A stretch of 64,000 bases of DNA, from NCBI GenBank assembly GCA_965276755.1, contig OZ255625.1, positions 1,020,784 through 1,084,783 of the forward strand, in the 5' to 3' direction. The position numbers and the translations under genes were made by a program. Within the stretch, counting starts at the first letter, position 1; the number at the start of each line of letters is the position of its first letter. Shown in pieces: positions 8,853 through 20,130 of this stretch. The stretch comes from Acetobacteraceae bacterium. GTDB lineage: Bacteria; Pseudomonadota; Alphaproteobacteria; Acetobacterales; Acetobacteraceae. The notes beneath the pieces are model-generated. The model had not been told where the DNA came from. It was given only the letters and a program-made list of their open reading frames with translations, and searched no databases.

Positions 8853-8894
8853 CAAAAGTTTTTTGGTCCTTTTTTCAAAAAAGGACTGCTTCCC
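8853..8894. repeat. Family B repeat (inverted relative to 3970)
   Basis: CAAAAGTTTTTTGGTCCTTTTTTCAAAAAAGGACTGCTTCCC. Confidence 0.85.
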
Positions 8895-9168
8895 TATTCC
8901 TGAAGCGTCACCCGGACCAAAAGCCACACCAGCTCACACGCAGCCGTGATCGTGCGGAACACCTCGCGGCTGCCGCCACCCAGCGCCGCACAATCCCCTG
9001 ACTCTGCAAGTTTTGCTGCACAAGACGCCGGCCCGTCTCTCTGGTCACATGCCAGCCCACGCGCGTGACATGCAACTGCCTGCCGCCAATCCCGTTGCCC
9101 GCGTGAACGACACTCGCCTGTGGAACGATCACCTCCCCGGCGCCACCCATCTTGATGGAGTTCCTTTG

Positions 9169-10206
9169 ATGCGCATGACCCTTCTGACCAGTGCTGCCGT
9201 GCTCGGCTTAGCGCTCTCGCTGCCTGCTTTCGCGCAGACCGCAACCGACCCAACGCCGGCCAATCCCTCCGCGGTCAAGGACGGCACGCCGGGCGCCGGC
9301 ACAGGCAGCGGTGCGGCCCCCGGCAACGATCCCGCCAACTCCGGCAAAACAGGTGCCACCCTCGGTGCTCATGCCCCGCAACAGGATCCCGGCCCGATGG
9401 GCGCCACCACCAACCCCTCGCCCGCCGATAGCGGCACTGTCCCGCCGGGCGCCCCGCCTGCCAGTGCCACCGGCATGGGCACTAGCGGCAACGGATCGGA
9501 CCAGAACACCCCGACCGCCACCGCGCCCAGCCATCCCCACCATCACCGCATGAGCAAGTCCGCCAACACCACCACCGGCGATGATACAGCCAGCAGCGGT
9601 GGCCACTGGTCCCACCAGCCCGGCAGCGGCATGAGCGGCCCTGCCTCCACCCAGGCCAGCAACATAGACAGCGCGGACACGCACAGCACCATTGCACCGC
9701 ATCTGCCCCAACCCCGCATCGGCATGAACGCCGGGCCTGACGGCTACCTCCGCGCCGCTGACCGCGCGCTTGCCGCCCACAAGACCGGCGCCGCCCAGCA
9801 GGCGCTAGAGATGGCCGAGACCCGCCTGCTCGATCGCAGCGCGGCTGCGGGCTCTGCCAGCCAGCCTGACACCAACCCGCGCATCGCCGCTGTAAGCGCG
9901 GCGCGTAAAGCGCTGGCCGAGAAGAACTGGAAGGCTGCGCGCATGTCCATCAGGGAAGCCATGAACACCGGTGGCAGCGCCGGCATGGGCCACGAAGAGG
10001 GCGGCATGGCCAGCGACAGCGGCAGCACGATGCCCGCAGGCAGCATGGGCTCCGGCACCGTTTCGCCAACGCCCAATCCGGGCAACTCCAGCCCGCCTGT
10101 CAACCCGACCGGCGCCGGCCCTGACGGCACGCACGCCGTCGGCACAGGCAACGGCGGCGGCGCGCTAGGCACAACAACCAACGACAGCGCCGGCGGCGCC
10201 AAATAG
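9169..10206 (+). CDS. Secreted low-complexity (Gly/Ser/Thr/Pro-rich) hypothetical protein
   Basis: Signal peptide MRMTLLTSAAVLGLALSLPAFAQ; central helical segment GYLRAADRAL...ALEMAETRLLDRS. Confidence 0.75.
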   Translation: MRMTLLTSAAVLGLALSLPAFAQTATDPTPANPSAVKDGTPGAGTGSGAAPGNDPANSGKTGATLGAHAPQQDPGPMGATTNPSPADSGTVPPGAPPASATGMGTSGNGSDQNTPTATAPSHPHHHRMSKSANTTTGDDTASSGGHWSHQPGSGMSGPASTQASNIDSADTHSTIAPHLPQPRIGMNAGPDGYLRAADRALAAHKTGAAQQALEMAETRLLDRSAAAGSASQPDTNPRIAAVSAARKALAEKNWKAARMSIREAMNTGGSAGMGHEEGGMASDSGSTMPAGSMGSGTVSPTPNPGNSSPPVNPTGAGPDGTHAVGTGNGGGALGTTTNDSAGGAK

Positions 10207-10210
10207 AAGG

Positions 10211-10256
10211 TGGTCTGGGGCCTCGGGCCCCAGCGGGTCCAGGGCAGAGCCCTGGC
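10211..10256. repeat. Family C double-hairpin repeat
   Basis: CTGGGGCC-TCG-GGCCCCAG followed by CCAGGGC-AGA-GCCCTGG. Confidence 0.8.
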
Positions 10257-10342
10257 CGTGCCATTAACATAGCGGCCCCCGCCAAAATTCCTGGCCTTTG
10301 TGGCGTAGCGTGCCTATCTCTCTCGCCAACCTATCCCGGAAC

Positions 10343-10375
10343 AAGGGTCTGACCTCCCCAGGTCAGGCCCTTTTT
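10343..10375 (+). terminator. Intrinsic-terminator-like hairpin in the typA upstream region
   Basis: AAGGGTCTGACCT-CCCC-AGGTCAGGCCCTT followed by a T run, 25 nt before the typA ATG. Confidence 0.5.
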
Positions 10376-10400
10376 CGCATCCGAAAAGCCGCGCGCTCCC

Positions 10401-12227
10401 ATGGACATCCGCAACATCGCTATCATCGCCCACGTCGATCATGGCAAGACCACGCTGGTCGACCAGCTCCTCCGCCAATCCGGTTCCTTCCGCGAACACC
10501 AGGTCGTCGCCGAACGCGCGCTCGACCGCAATGACCTCGAGCGCGAACGCGGCATCACCATCCTTGCCAAATGCACCAGCGTCGTCTGGCGCGGCACGCG
10601 CATCAACATCGTCGACACGCCGGGCCACGCCGATTTCGGCGGCGAGGTCGAACGCATCCTCAACATGGTCGATGGCGCCATCGTTTTGGTCGACGCCGCA
10701 GAAGGCGTGCTGCCGCAAACCAAATTCGTCGTCGGCAAAGCGCTGGCGCAGGGCCTCAAACCCATAGTCGTGGTCAACAAGATCGACCGTCAGGACGCGC
10801 GCGCCGACGAAGTGCACAACGAAGTCTTCGACCTCTTTGCGGCCCTAGGCGCCACCGACGAGCAGCTCGATTTCCCCATGCTCTACGCCTCCGGCCGCCA
10901 GGGCTGGGCCACCGTGGCGCTGGATGGCGAGCGCAAAGACCTCGCCCCCATGTTCGACCTCGTCCTGTCCCACGTCCACGCCCCGGAACTGGACAAGGAC
11001 GCCCCCTTCGGCATGGTCGCCTCCATCCTCGACTACGACAACTTCCTCGGCCGCGTACTGACCGGCCGCATCGAACAAGGCCGCGCCCGCCTCAACATGC
11101 CGCTGCGCGTCACGCGCGCCGACGGCTCGGTGGTCGAAACCGGCCGCCTGACCAAGCTCATGGGATTCCGCGGCCTGGAACGCGTGGTGGTCGAGGAGGC
11201 CGAAGCCGGCGACATCATCGCCATCGCCGGCATGACGGAGGCGACCGTGCCCGACACGATCGGCGCCATGGAGCTAGCCGGCGCGCTGCACGCCACCCCC
11301 GTCGATCCGCCCACGCTGGCCATGACCTTCCGCGTCAACGATGGCCCCCTGGGCGGCCGCGAGGGCAAGAAAGTCACCTCCCGCCAGATCCGCGACCGGC
11401 TGCTGCGCGAGGCCGAAGGCAACGTCGCCATCAAGATCACCGAATCCCAGGAATCCGAGGCGTTCGAAGTCGCCGGCCGCGGCGAACTCCAGCTCGGCGT
11501 GCTGATCGAAACCATGCGCCGCGAGGGCTTCGAACTCACCATCGGCCGCCCCCGCGTCCTCACGCGCGAGCACCCCGACACCGGCGCGCGCGAAGAACCC
11601 TTCGAGGAAGTCCTCGTCGATGTGGACGAGCCCTACGCCGGCGTGGTCGTGGAAAAACTGTCGCGCCGCAAAGGTGTCATGCAGGACATGCGCCCGTCCG
11701 GCGGCGGCAAGGTGCGGCTGACCTTCCACATCCCCTCGCGCGGCCTGATCGGCTATCACGGCGAATTCCTCACCGACACGCGCGGCACCGGCATCATGAA
11801 CCGCATGTTCAGCGGCTACGAAACCTGGGCCGGCAACATCGAAGGCCGCCGCGCCGGCTCGCTCATCAGCTCCGAGGGGGGCGCCGCCGTGCAATACGCG
11901 CTCTGGTACTTGCAAGAGCGCGGCACGCTTTTCGTCAGCCCCGGTGAGGCCGTCTATGTCGGCATGATCCTGGGCGAGCATTCGCGCGAGAGCGATCTGG
12001 ATATCAATCCGATCAAGGAAAAAAAGCTGACCAACATTCGCGCTGCGGGCAAGGATGACGCAATGCTGCTGATCCCGCCGCGCCGCATGAGCCTGGAACA
12101 GGCCATCGCGTATATCGAGGACGACGAGCTGGTCGAGGTGACGCCAGGCGCCATCCGCCTGCGCAAGCGCTACCTCGACCCGCACGAGCGCAAGCGCCAC
12201 GAGCGCCGCGCCAGCGACGCGGCTTAG
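10401..12227 (+). CDS. typA: Translational GTPase TypA/BipA
   Basis: [54 protein letters not shown] motifs; 608 aa. Confidence 0.98.
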   Translation: MDIRNIAIIAHVDHGKTTLVDQLLRQSGSFREHQVVAERALDRNDLERERGITILAKCTSVVWRGTRINIVDTPGHADFGGEVERILNMVDGAIVLVDAAEGVLPQTKFVVGKALAQGLKPIVVVNKIDRQDARADEVHNEVFDLFAALGATDEQLDFPMLYASGRQGWATVALDGERKDLAPMFDLVLSHVHAPELDKDAPFGMVASILDYDNFLGRVLTGRIEQGRARLNMPLRVTRADGSVVETGRLTKLMGFRGLERVVVEEAEAGDIIAIAGMTEATVPDTIGAMELAGALHATPVDPPTLAMTFRVNDGPLGGREGKKVTSRQIRDRLLREAEGNVAIKITESQESEAFEVAGRGELQLGVLIETMRREGFELTIGRPRVLTREHPDTGAREEPFEEVLVDVDEPYAGVVVEKLSRRKGVMQDMRPSGGGKVRLTFHIPSRGLIGYHGEFLTDTRGTGIMNRMFSGYETWAGNIEGRRAGSLISSEGGAAVQYALWYLQERGTLFVSPGEAVYVGMILGEHSRESDLDINPIKEKKLTNIRAAGKDDAMLLIPPRRMSLEQAIAYIEDDELVEVTPGAIRLRKRYLDPHERKRHERRASDAA

Positions 12228-12258
12228 GCGAAGTAAAGCAAGGCAAGCGAGAAGCAAG

Positions 12259-12334
12259 GCCAGGGCTCTGCCCTGGACCCGGCAAGGGGCTCTGCCCCTT
12301 GCATTCCCGCTGGGGCCTGAGGCCCCAGACCCCA
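12259..12334. repeat. Family C repeat, inverted, with an extra hairpin
   Basis: GCCAGGGCTCTGCCCTGG, AAGGGGCTCTGCCCCTT and CTGGGGCCTGAGGCCCCAG hairpins. Confidence 0.8.
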
Positions 12335-12372
12335 AATTTAAGCTCGGCGCCGTCATGCGTCCGGCGTCCGAC

Positions 12373-12411
12373 CGTCATTGCGAGCCGCCTCTTCGGCGGC
12401 GTGGCAATCCA
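12373..12411 (+). repeat. CGTC-tagged REP-like palindrome
   Basis: CGTC-ATTGC-GA-GCCGCC-TCTTC-GGCGGC-GTG-GCAAT-CCA. Confidence 0.7.
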
Positions 12412-12493
12412 AGGAACTCCCCACCACTACAACGTCGGCAGCTTGCGCCGGACGTCATCATAGCGCAGCTTCGTTGCAAAGTACAAGCAGGCA

Positions 12494-12796
12494 ATGACCT
12501 TGGGCGAAAAAACCCCCGCCATCTACATCGTCACCAACAAGCGTCACGGCACCCTATACGTCGGCGTCACCTCCAACCTCATCAAACGGATCCACGACCA
12601 TCGAACCGGCGCCTCGCGAGGCTTCGCCAGCCAACACAGCTGCACCCTCCTCGTCTATTATGAACTGCACGCCAATATGTCCACTGCCATAGCTCGCGAG
12701 AAACAAATCAAATCCGGCTCACGCGCCAGGAAGATTGCTCTGATCGAACAGCAAAACGGTGCATGGTGCGATCTCTACGCGGATATTATTGTGTAA
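12494..12796 (+). CDS. Small GIY-YIG nuclease (YhbQ/UPF0213-like)
   Basis: AIYIVTN...TLYVGVTSNLIKRIHDH...AIAREKQIK...LIEQQN motifs; 100 aa. Confidence 0.92.
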   Translation: MTLGEKTPAIYIVTNKRHGTLYVGVTSNLIKRIHDHRTGASRGFASQHSCTLLVYYELHANMSTAIAREKQIKSGSRARKIALIEQQNGAWCDLYADIIV

Positions 12797-12832
12797 CCGG
12801 CTAACTGCCAGGCGAATTCAGGCGTTTTCAGC

Positions 12833-13487
12833 TCACCTCGCTGCCGCCTTCATCAGCCACCACATGACGGACGCCTGAACACCATACGCCATACCGCCAT
12901 CGATATCGTCCGACGCACAAATGCGATGGGCCCCGAAGAGCTTGCTGGCAGCATCGCAAGCTGTATAAGCAATCTTTTCAGCCGACCCGGCACGTAGAAG
13001 AAATCGGTTGAACTTGGATGCGTATGGCATTGTTGGATGCGTATGGCATTGCTGGCCAATACTGCGAAGGTATTTCCGCCCGCGGATGGGTAGCAAGCAT
13101 CAACGTGTAAACGGAAGTGCATGACGACGCTAACCTCAACGCTTTTGCCTCATCGTCAAGAACGCACCGGTGATAATCACTCCTGCCTGCCCAAGCATCC
13201 ATCGACCACATCCACTTTAATTCTAGCAGCACGCTCGGGGTTTCATCTCGAGCCGCAAGTAGTGCAAGATCCACATGGTTCCATTCCCTACGAACAATCA
13301 CCGGCACGTTTTTAAGTCTCTTATAGAGACCGAATGCCATGCGATCACGAAAATGATGTTCGGGTTTGCTGGTCAACGCCAGATAGGCAAGCTCATTTGG
13401 CGCAAAGGAGTTCGCGGCGTCGGCTACCGCCTCACGCAAAAGATTGTCATGATTATCGGAAGCCACCCTTTGCTCTCCATCGAACAA
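12833..13487 (-). pseudogene. Hypothetical PD-(D/E)xK-like protein frameshifted by a 19-bp duplication
   Basis: RREWNHVDLA...LLELKW motif; deleting one 19-bp copy joins ORFs 12978-13487 and 12833-13096 into 211 aa. Confidence 0.7.
13014..13051. repeat. Perfect 19-bp tandem duplication
   Basis: TTGGATGCGTATGGCATTG twice (13014-13032, 13033-13051). Confidence 0.95.
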
Positions 13488-13604
13488 GACCCGCCGCTCT
13501 CTACTTCTAAACCATGTTCCTATGTTCGATCAAAGCGCCTGTTCCTCCGTCCCGACCTGCCACGCCCCCCGGCAGCCGCGCAAGCCCTGTCAAATTTGCC
13601 GCCC

Positions 13605-14786
13605 TTAGCCAAGCCGCGCAACCACCACATACACCGCAATCGCCAAAACCCCAGCCCCGGCCTCAACCAACAACATCCCATCCGTCCCGAACCTCGTCTG
13701 CGCCAACCCGTCGATCATCGTCATCGCCGCAATCGGCACATTGCTCAAACTAATCAGCACATCGCACTTGCTCGCCGCCGCACCACCCGCGGCCGCCGCG
13801 TCCAGCACCACCGCGTAACACGCCCCGTACGCCATCCCCCCGACACACGCATAAACCAGCGTAAAGGCCGCAAACACCACCGGCGTCTTCGGCAAAACCA
13901 CCAGCCCCACCGCACAAACCGCCATCGCAAAACCCGCCAGCAAATACCCGCCCCGCCGGTCGATCACATCGCAAACATACCCCCCAACCAAACACCCGCC
14001 CGCCGCCACCACGCCACTGAAAACCCCCGTCACCACCGCCACCAACCCCGCCGACGCCCCCCAATCCCCCGCCACCGCCGAAAACAAATTCGCCGCAGAC
14101 CCAGTCCCCATCGGCAAAACCATAATCAGCAACCCCAGCGCCCCCGGCCGGGACCGCACCAACCCCCAAACCTCCCCGCTCAAATTCCGCAGCGTCCCCG
14201 AAAGCGCCCCAGCCCGATGCACATGCACCGGCTCTCCCACAAACCCGAGCGCAAAAACCCCGCAAGCACACAACCCGCCCAGCACCACCGCACTCAGCCA
14301 CGCCACCCCGCTATGCGTGGCAATCCAAAGCCCCAGCCCCCCACCAACCCCCACGCCCCCCAGATTCCCCGCTGTGCTCCACCCCCCAGCCCGCCCCCGC
14401 TGCCCCGCCGGGCTGCTCCGCGCCATAATCCCATTGGTCGTCACCCCGATCAGCCCCATTGCCGAGCCAATCAGCACTGCCAGCAAGCTCAGCGCCCCCA
14501 CGCCGGCCACAAACCCGCTGCCCGCCACGCACACCGCCAGCGTCAAGCAAGCCGCCGCATAAAACGCCCGATAAGACCACACGCTATCGACAACCGGCGC
14601 CCACACGATCTTGCCCACCTGCAGCCAGGTCAAAATCGCCACCACGGACGCCACCGCCGCCGTGCTCACCCCTGCATGCGACAGCAAATATCCCAACGTG
14701 ACCGAGAAATACCCGGAAGCAATCCCGAACGGCAGATACATCACCAAAAACACCGCCGGATAAGGCAATCGTTCATCCATCCGCAC
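13605..14786 (-). CDS. MFS transporter (AmpG-like)
   Basis: About 12 hydrophobic segments; KIVWAPVVDS and GGYVCDVIDRR loop motifs. Confidence 0.85.
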   Translation of the reverse strand: MRMDERLPYPAVFLVMYLPFGIASGYFSVTLGYLLSHAGVSTAAVASVVAILTWLQVGKIVWAPVVDSVWSYRAFYAAACLTLAVCVAGSGFVAGVGALSLLAVLIGSAMGLIGVTTNGIMARSSPAGQRGRAGGWSTAGNLGGVGVGGGLGLWIATHSGVAWLSAVVLGGLCACGVFALGFVGEPVHVHRAGALSGTLRNLSGEVWGLVRSRPGALGLLIMVLPMGTGSAANLFSAVAGDWGASAGLVAVVTGVFSGVVAAGGCLVGGYVCDVIDRRGGYLLAGFAMAVCAVGLVVLPKTPVVFAAFTLVYACVGGMAYGACYAVVLDAAAAGGAAASKCDVLISLSNVPIAAMTMIDGLAQTRFGTDGMLLVEAGAGVLAIAVYVVVARLG

Positions 14787-14795
14787 TCACCCCCC

Positions 14796-14849
14796 AACTG
14801 ACAAAAGTTTTTTGGTCCTTTTTTTCAAAAAAGGACTGCTACTCTTCCT
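14796..14849. repeat. Family B repeat
   Basis: AACTGACAAAAGTTTTTTGGTCCTTTTTTTCAAAAAAGGACTGCT. Confidence 0.85.
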
Positions 14850-14888
14850 ACCCTTGACTACCCCCTCCCCAACCCGCATCTAGTAAAT

Positions 14889-14907
14889 CAGGACCCAGCC
14901 AGTCCTG
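14889..14907. promoter_or_regulatory. Putative Rrf2-regulator operator upstream of the suf operon
   Basis: CAGGAC-N7-GTCCTG inverted repeat 14 nt before the ATG; TTGACT at 14854-14859. Confidence 0.5.
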
Positions 14908-14921
14908 TTACAGGTGTCCCC

Positions 14922-15338
14922 ATGTTCCGCCTCTCCAAACTCACAGACTACGCCGTAGTCGTCCTGGTCCGCCTGGCCCGAGGCACCGACATCCAGACCA
15001 GCCCCACCATAGCCTCGGCCACCGGCATCCCCGAGCCCACCGTAGCCAAGGTCCTGAAAACGCTCACCCAAGCCAACCTCGTCGCTTCCCATCGCGGCGC
15101 CCATGGCGGCTACCGCCTGGCCCGTCCCCTAGCCTCCATCGCGGTCGCCGAGATCATAGAAGCGCTGGACGGCCCCATAGCCCTGACCGCCTGCGTGGAC
15201 GGCGGCGGCTGCGATTCCGCCATCCTTTGCCCCATGCACAAAAGCTGGGACCCGGTGAACACCGCCATCCGGCAGGCCCTCTCCGCCATTTCGCTTGCCG
15301 ACATGCAGGCCGCCTCCCCCGCCCTAGTCGGCGCGTAA
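14922..15338 (+). CDS. SUF system Rrf2-family Fe-S assembly regulator
   Basis: [28 protein letters not shown]...C...CP motifs; first gene of the suf operon. Confidence 0.92.
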   Translation: MFRLSKLTDYAVVVLVRLARGTDIQTSPTIASATGIPEPTVAKVLKTLTQANLVASHRGAHGGYRLARPLASIAVAEIIEALDGPIALTACVDGGGCDSAILCPMHKSWDPVNTAIRQALSAISLADMQAASPALVGA

Positions 15339-15348
15339 AGGAACCAAG

Positions 15349-16818
15349 ATGCCAGCAGTGGCCGAAACGCTAGACACCATCACCCGCGCGACTGAGGGCG
15401 GCTACAAGTGGGGTTTTTCAACCGAAATCGAAACGGATTTCGCCCCCAAAGGCCTGTCCGAAGACACTGTCCGCTTCATCTCCGCCCAAAAGAATGAGCC
15501 TGCCTGGTTGCTCGAGTGGCGCCTGGCCGCCTTTAGCGCGTGGAAAACCATGCCAGAACCCCATTGGGCCAAGCTCGGCTACGCCCCCATCGACTACCAG
15601 GACGCCTTCTACTACGCCTCGCCACGCAAAAAGCCTGGCCCGAAATCGCTGGACGAAGTCGATCCCGAACTCCTGCGCACCTACGAAAAACTCGGCATCC
15701 CCCTGCGCGAGCGCGCCCTGCTGGCCGGCGTAGAAACCTCCAACATTGCCGTTGACGCGGTCTTTGACAGCGTCTCAGTTGCCACCACCTTCCGCGACAG
15801 CCTGGCAAAAGTCGGGGTCATCTTCTGCCCGATTTCCGAGGCCATCCAGTCCCACCCGGACCTGGTCCGCCAGTACATGGGCAGCGTAGTCCCACCTTCC
15901 GACAATTTCTTCGCCGCCCTGAATTCGGCGGTCTTCACAGACGGCAGCTTCGTGTTCATTCCGAAGGGCGTCGCCTGCCCCATGGAGCTCTCCACCTATT
16001 TCCGCATCAACGCCCGCAATACCGGCCAATTCGAACGCACGCTGATTATTTGCGAAGACGGCGCCTCAGTCAGCTACCTAGAAGGCTGCACCGCCCCTCA
16101 GCGAGACGAAAACCAGCTCCACGCCGCCGTCGTCGAACTGATCGCCATGGACGATTCCCGCATCAAATATTCCACGGTCCAGAACTGGTATCCCGGCGAC
16201 GCCAACGGCACAGGCGGCATCTACAACTTCGTCACAAAGCGTGGCCTCTGCCGCGGCGCGCGCTCGAAAATCTCCTGGACGCAGGTAGAAACCGGTTCCG
16301 CCATCACCTGGAAATACCCCTCCTGCATCCTGCAAGGCGAGGCCAGCACAGGCGAATTCTACAGCGTGGCGGTCACCAACAACCACCAGCAGGCCGACAC
16401 TGGTACGAAAATGATCCACATCGGCCGCAACACTACCAGCACGATCATCTCCAAAGGCATCAGCGCCGGCCACAGCAACAACACATACCGCGGCCTGGTA
16501 CGCGTCCTGCCCCGCGCGTCCGGCGCGCGCAACTTCACGCAATGCGACAGCCTGCTGATCGGCGACCAATGCGGCGCCCACACCGTGCCTTATATCGAAA
16601 GCCGCAACGCCAGCGCCAAGGTGGAACACGAAGCTACCACTAGCAAGATCGCCGAAGACCAGCTCTTCTACTGCCGCCAGCGCGGCCTGTCGGAGGAAGA
16701 CGCGGTAGGCCTGATCGTCAACGGCTTCTGTCGGGACGTACTACGCGAATTGCCCATGGAGTTCGCCGTAGAAGCACAAAAACTGCTGGCCGTATCTCTA
16801 GAAGGCTCCGTCGGCTAA
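15349..16818 (+). CDS. sufB: Fe-S cluster assembly protein SufB
   Basis: [42 protein letters not shown] motifs. Confidence 0.97.
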   Translation: MPAVAETLDTITRATEGGYKWGFSTEIETDFAPKGLSEDTVRFISAQKNEPAWLLEWRLAAFSAWKTMPEPHWAKLGYAPIDYQDAFYYASPRKKPGPKSLDEVDPELLRTYEKLGIPLRERALLAGVETSNIAVDAVFDSVSVATTFRDSLAKVGVIFCPISEAIQSHPDLVRQYMGSVVPPSDNFFAALNSAVFTDGSFVFIPKGVACPMELSTYFRINARNTGQFERTLIICEDGASVSYLEGCTAPQRDENQLHAAVVELIAMDDSRIKYSTVQNWYPGDANGTGGIYNFVTKRGLCRGARSKISWTQVETGSAITWKYPSCILQGEASTGEFYSVAVTNNHQQADTGTKMIHIGRNTTSTIISKGISAGHSNNTYRGLVRVLPRASGARNFTQCDSLLIGDQCGAHTVPYIESRNASAKVEHEATTSKIAEDQLFYCRQRGLSEEDAVGLIVNGFCRDVLRELPMEFAVEAQKLLAVSLEGSVG

Positions 16819-16822
16819 ACGG

Positions 16823-16867
16823 ATAAAAGTTCTTTGGTTCTTTCTTTCAAGAAAAAACTGCTTCCTT
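16823..16867. repeat. Family B repeat inside the suf operon (sufB-sufC)
   Basis: ATAAAAGTTCTTTGGTTCTTTCTTTCAAGAAAAAACTGCTTCCTT. Confidence 0.75.
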
Positions 16868-16883
16868 GTCTTAGGTTTATGTG

Positions 16884-17629
<746 letters not shown>

Positions 17630-17633
<4 letters not shown>

Positions 17634-18889
17634 CACGCGGTGACAATTTCCTCGCGCGCTATGACGGCCTGAAAACCCGCCTCCCTGGTGCCGCCGCCGC
17701 GCGCGCCAACGCCGCGGCCGAACTGCGCCGCACCGGCCTGCCAGACAAGCAGAACGAGGCCTGGAAATACACCAGCCTGCGTCCGCTCTCCAACATCGCC
17801 TTCCATCAGGCCCTGACTCTGACTGGGCAGACCGCCGAACCCCTAAAACTCCCCCATCTAGGCGCGCTCTCCGACACGCCACGCCTGGTCTTCGTCGCCG
17901 GCCGCTACCGCGCTGACCTCTCGATCGCGCCAATCACCATCACCCCCAATTTCTTCGCCGACGCCCCCCGTTTCACGCTGCCCGTGGAAAACGATCCCCT
18001 CGTCACGCTCAACACCCTGCTCGCCGAAGATGGTGCCGTCATCAACATCCCCGCCGACACGGATGCCGGCACGCTCATCCTGCTGCACATCGCCACCGAC
18101 CTGAACGGTACGCCCGCCGCCGCCCATCCTCGGCACAGCATCACGCTGGCCGCCGGCGCCCGCCTCACCCTGATCGACATCTCCTCAGGCCAGGGCGCCT
18201 ACCTTCACAATCCCACCACCGAAATCACCCTCGCCGAGGGCGCGAACCTCGCCCATCTCCGCCTCCAAACCGACAGCTCCGAGGCCTATCACCTCAGCAG
18301 CGTGCACGCCAAAATTTTCGCGAACGCCACCTACGATGGCTTCACCCTGACCATCGGCGGCCGCCTCGCACGCAGCGAAATTCACGCCCATTTGCATGGC
18401 CCCAACGCCCATGCAGCGCTGAATGCCGCGCAAATCCTGAACGCCCACCAGCACGCCGATTTCACCACCATCGTCGCCCACGATGCGCCGTCCTGCACCT
18501 CGCGCCAAACCGTCAAGAACGTGCTCGCAGGCCACGCCCGCGGCGTCTTTCAAGGCAAGATAGAAGTTGCCCGCATCGCGCAAAAGACAGACGGCTACCA
18601 GATGAATCAGGCGCTCCTCCTCTCGCCCGACGCCGAAATCGACTGCAAGCCACAGCTCGAAATCTATGCCGATGACGTCAAATGCAGCCATGGCGCAACG
18701 GTCGGCGAACTGGACCCGGACCAGATCTTCTATCTCACCAGCCGCGGCATCCCCAATGCACAAGCCCGCGGCATGCTCGTGCGCGCCTTTCTCACCGAAG
18801 CGCTCGACCTGGTCACACACGAAGCCGCCCGCACGCTCTTTGAAGACGCGACCGCGCAATGGTGGCGCACGCAGGACGGCTTCGCATGA
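17630..18889 (+). CDS. sufD: Fe-S cluster assembly protein SufD
   Basis: EAWKYTSL, GVFQGKI, QKTDGYQ, KPQLEIYADDVKCSHGATVG motifs. Confidence 0.95.
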
Positions 18890-20130
18890 ACCAGATCTCC
18901 CAAACCCGCGCGCCCTTCGACGTGGCCCGCATCCGCGCGGATTTTCCCATCCTGCAGCAGACCATCCGCGGCAAGCCCCTGGTCTTCCTCGACAGCGCCG
19001 CATCCGCACAAAAACCGGTCCAAGTCATAGACGCCATACGCCATGCCGCCGAAACGCAATACGCCAACGTCCACCGCGGCCTGCATTACATGAGCGAGCG
19101 CACCACAGACGCCTACGAATCCGTGCGCGACAAAATCGCCGCCCTCCTCCGCGCCCCCTCGCGCGAAGAAATCGTCTTCACCGCCAACTCCACCGCCGCC
19201 ATCAACCTGGTCGCGCACAGCTATGGCAGCCTCCTCCGTCCCGGCCAGGCCGTGCTCATCTCCGAGATGGAGCACCACGCCAACATCGTCCCCTGGCTCA
19301 TGCTGCGCGACCGCGCCGGCATCGAACTGCGCGTTGCCCGCATCACCGACAGCGGCGAGCTCGACATGAACTCCCTCGCCGAGCACTTGAAAGACGGCAA
19401 AGTCGGCCTCGTCTCCATCACCCACATGTCCAATGTGCTCGGCACCTACACGCCCGCCGCACGCATCGCACAACTCGCCCACGCAGCCGGCGCCCGCGTG
19501 CTCTTCGATGGCAGCCAGGCCATCGTCCATCGCGCCATAGACGTGGCCGACATAAACGCCGACTTCTACGTCTTCACCGGCCACAAACTCTACGGCCCTA
19601 CCGGCATCGGCGTTCTCTGGGCCAAAGCCGAACTCCTCAACGCCATGCCGCCCTTCATGGGCGGCGGCGACATGATCGCAACTGTCAGCTTCGAACGCGC
19701 TACCTGGGCGCAAATCCCCCATAAATTCGAAGCCGGCACGCCACCAATCCTCGAAGCCATCGCCCTGGGTGCGGCTATCGATTACGTCAACGCCATAGGC
19801 TATGACAGCATCGCCGCCCACGAAGCCGCCCTCACCGACCACGCACTCGTCTCTCTCAGCCGCATCAAAGGTCTGCACATCATCGGGCAGGCGCAAGACC
19901 GCGGCGGAGTCATCTCCTTCACCATGGATGGCGCGCACGCGCATGACATCGCCACGCTGCTGGACCGCAGCGGCATCGCCGTGCGCGCCGGCCTGCACTG
20001 CGCCGAACCGCTCATGCAGCGCCTCGGTCTGGACAGCACCGCGCGCGCCAGCTTCGGCATCTACACCACGCACGAAGAAATCGACGCACTCGCCACTGCC
20101 CTGCACCGCGTCCAAAGTTTCTTCGCATGA
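18886..20130 (+). CDS. sufS: Cysteine desulfurase SufS
   Basis: FLDSAASAQKP, NVHRG, TGHKLYGPTG, RAGLHCA motifs. Confidence 0.96.
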   Translation: MNQISQTRAPFDVARIRADFPILQQTIRGKPLVFLDSAASAQKPVQVIDAIRHAAETQYANVHRGLHYMSERTTDAYESVRDKIAALLRAPSREEIVFTANSTAAINLVAHSYGSLLRPGQAVLISEMEHHANIVPWLMLRDRAGIELRVARITDSGELDMNSLAEHLKDGKVGLVSITHMSNVLGTYTPAARIAQLAHAAGARVLFDGSQAIVHRAIDVADINADFYVFTGHKLYGPTGIGVLWAKAELLNAMPPFMGGGDMIATVSFERATWAQIPHKFEAGTPPILEAIALGAAIDYVNAIGYDSIAAHEAALTDHALVSLSRIKGLHIIGQAQDRGGVISFTMDGAHAHDIATLLDRSGIAVRAGLHCAEPLMQRLGLDSTARASFGIYTTHEEIDALATALHRVQSFFA

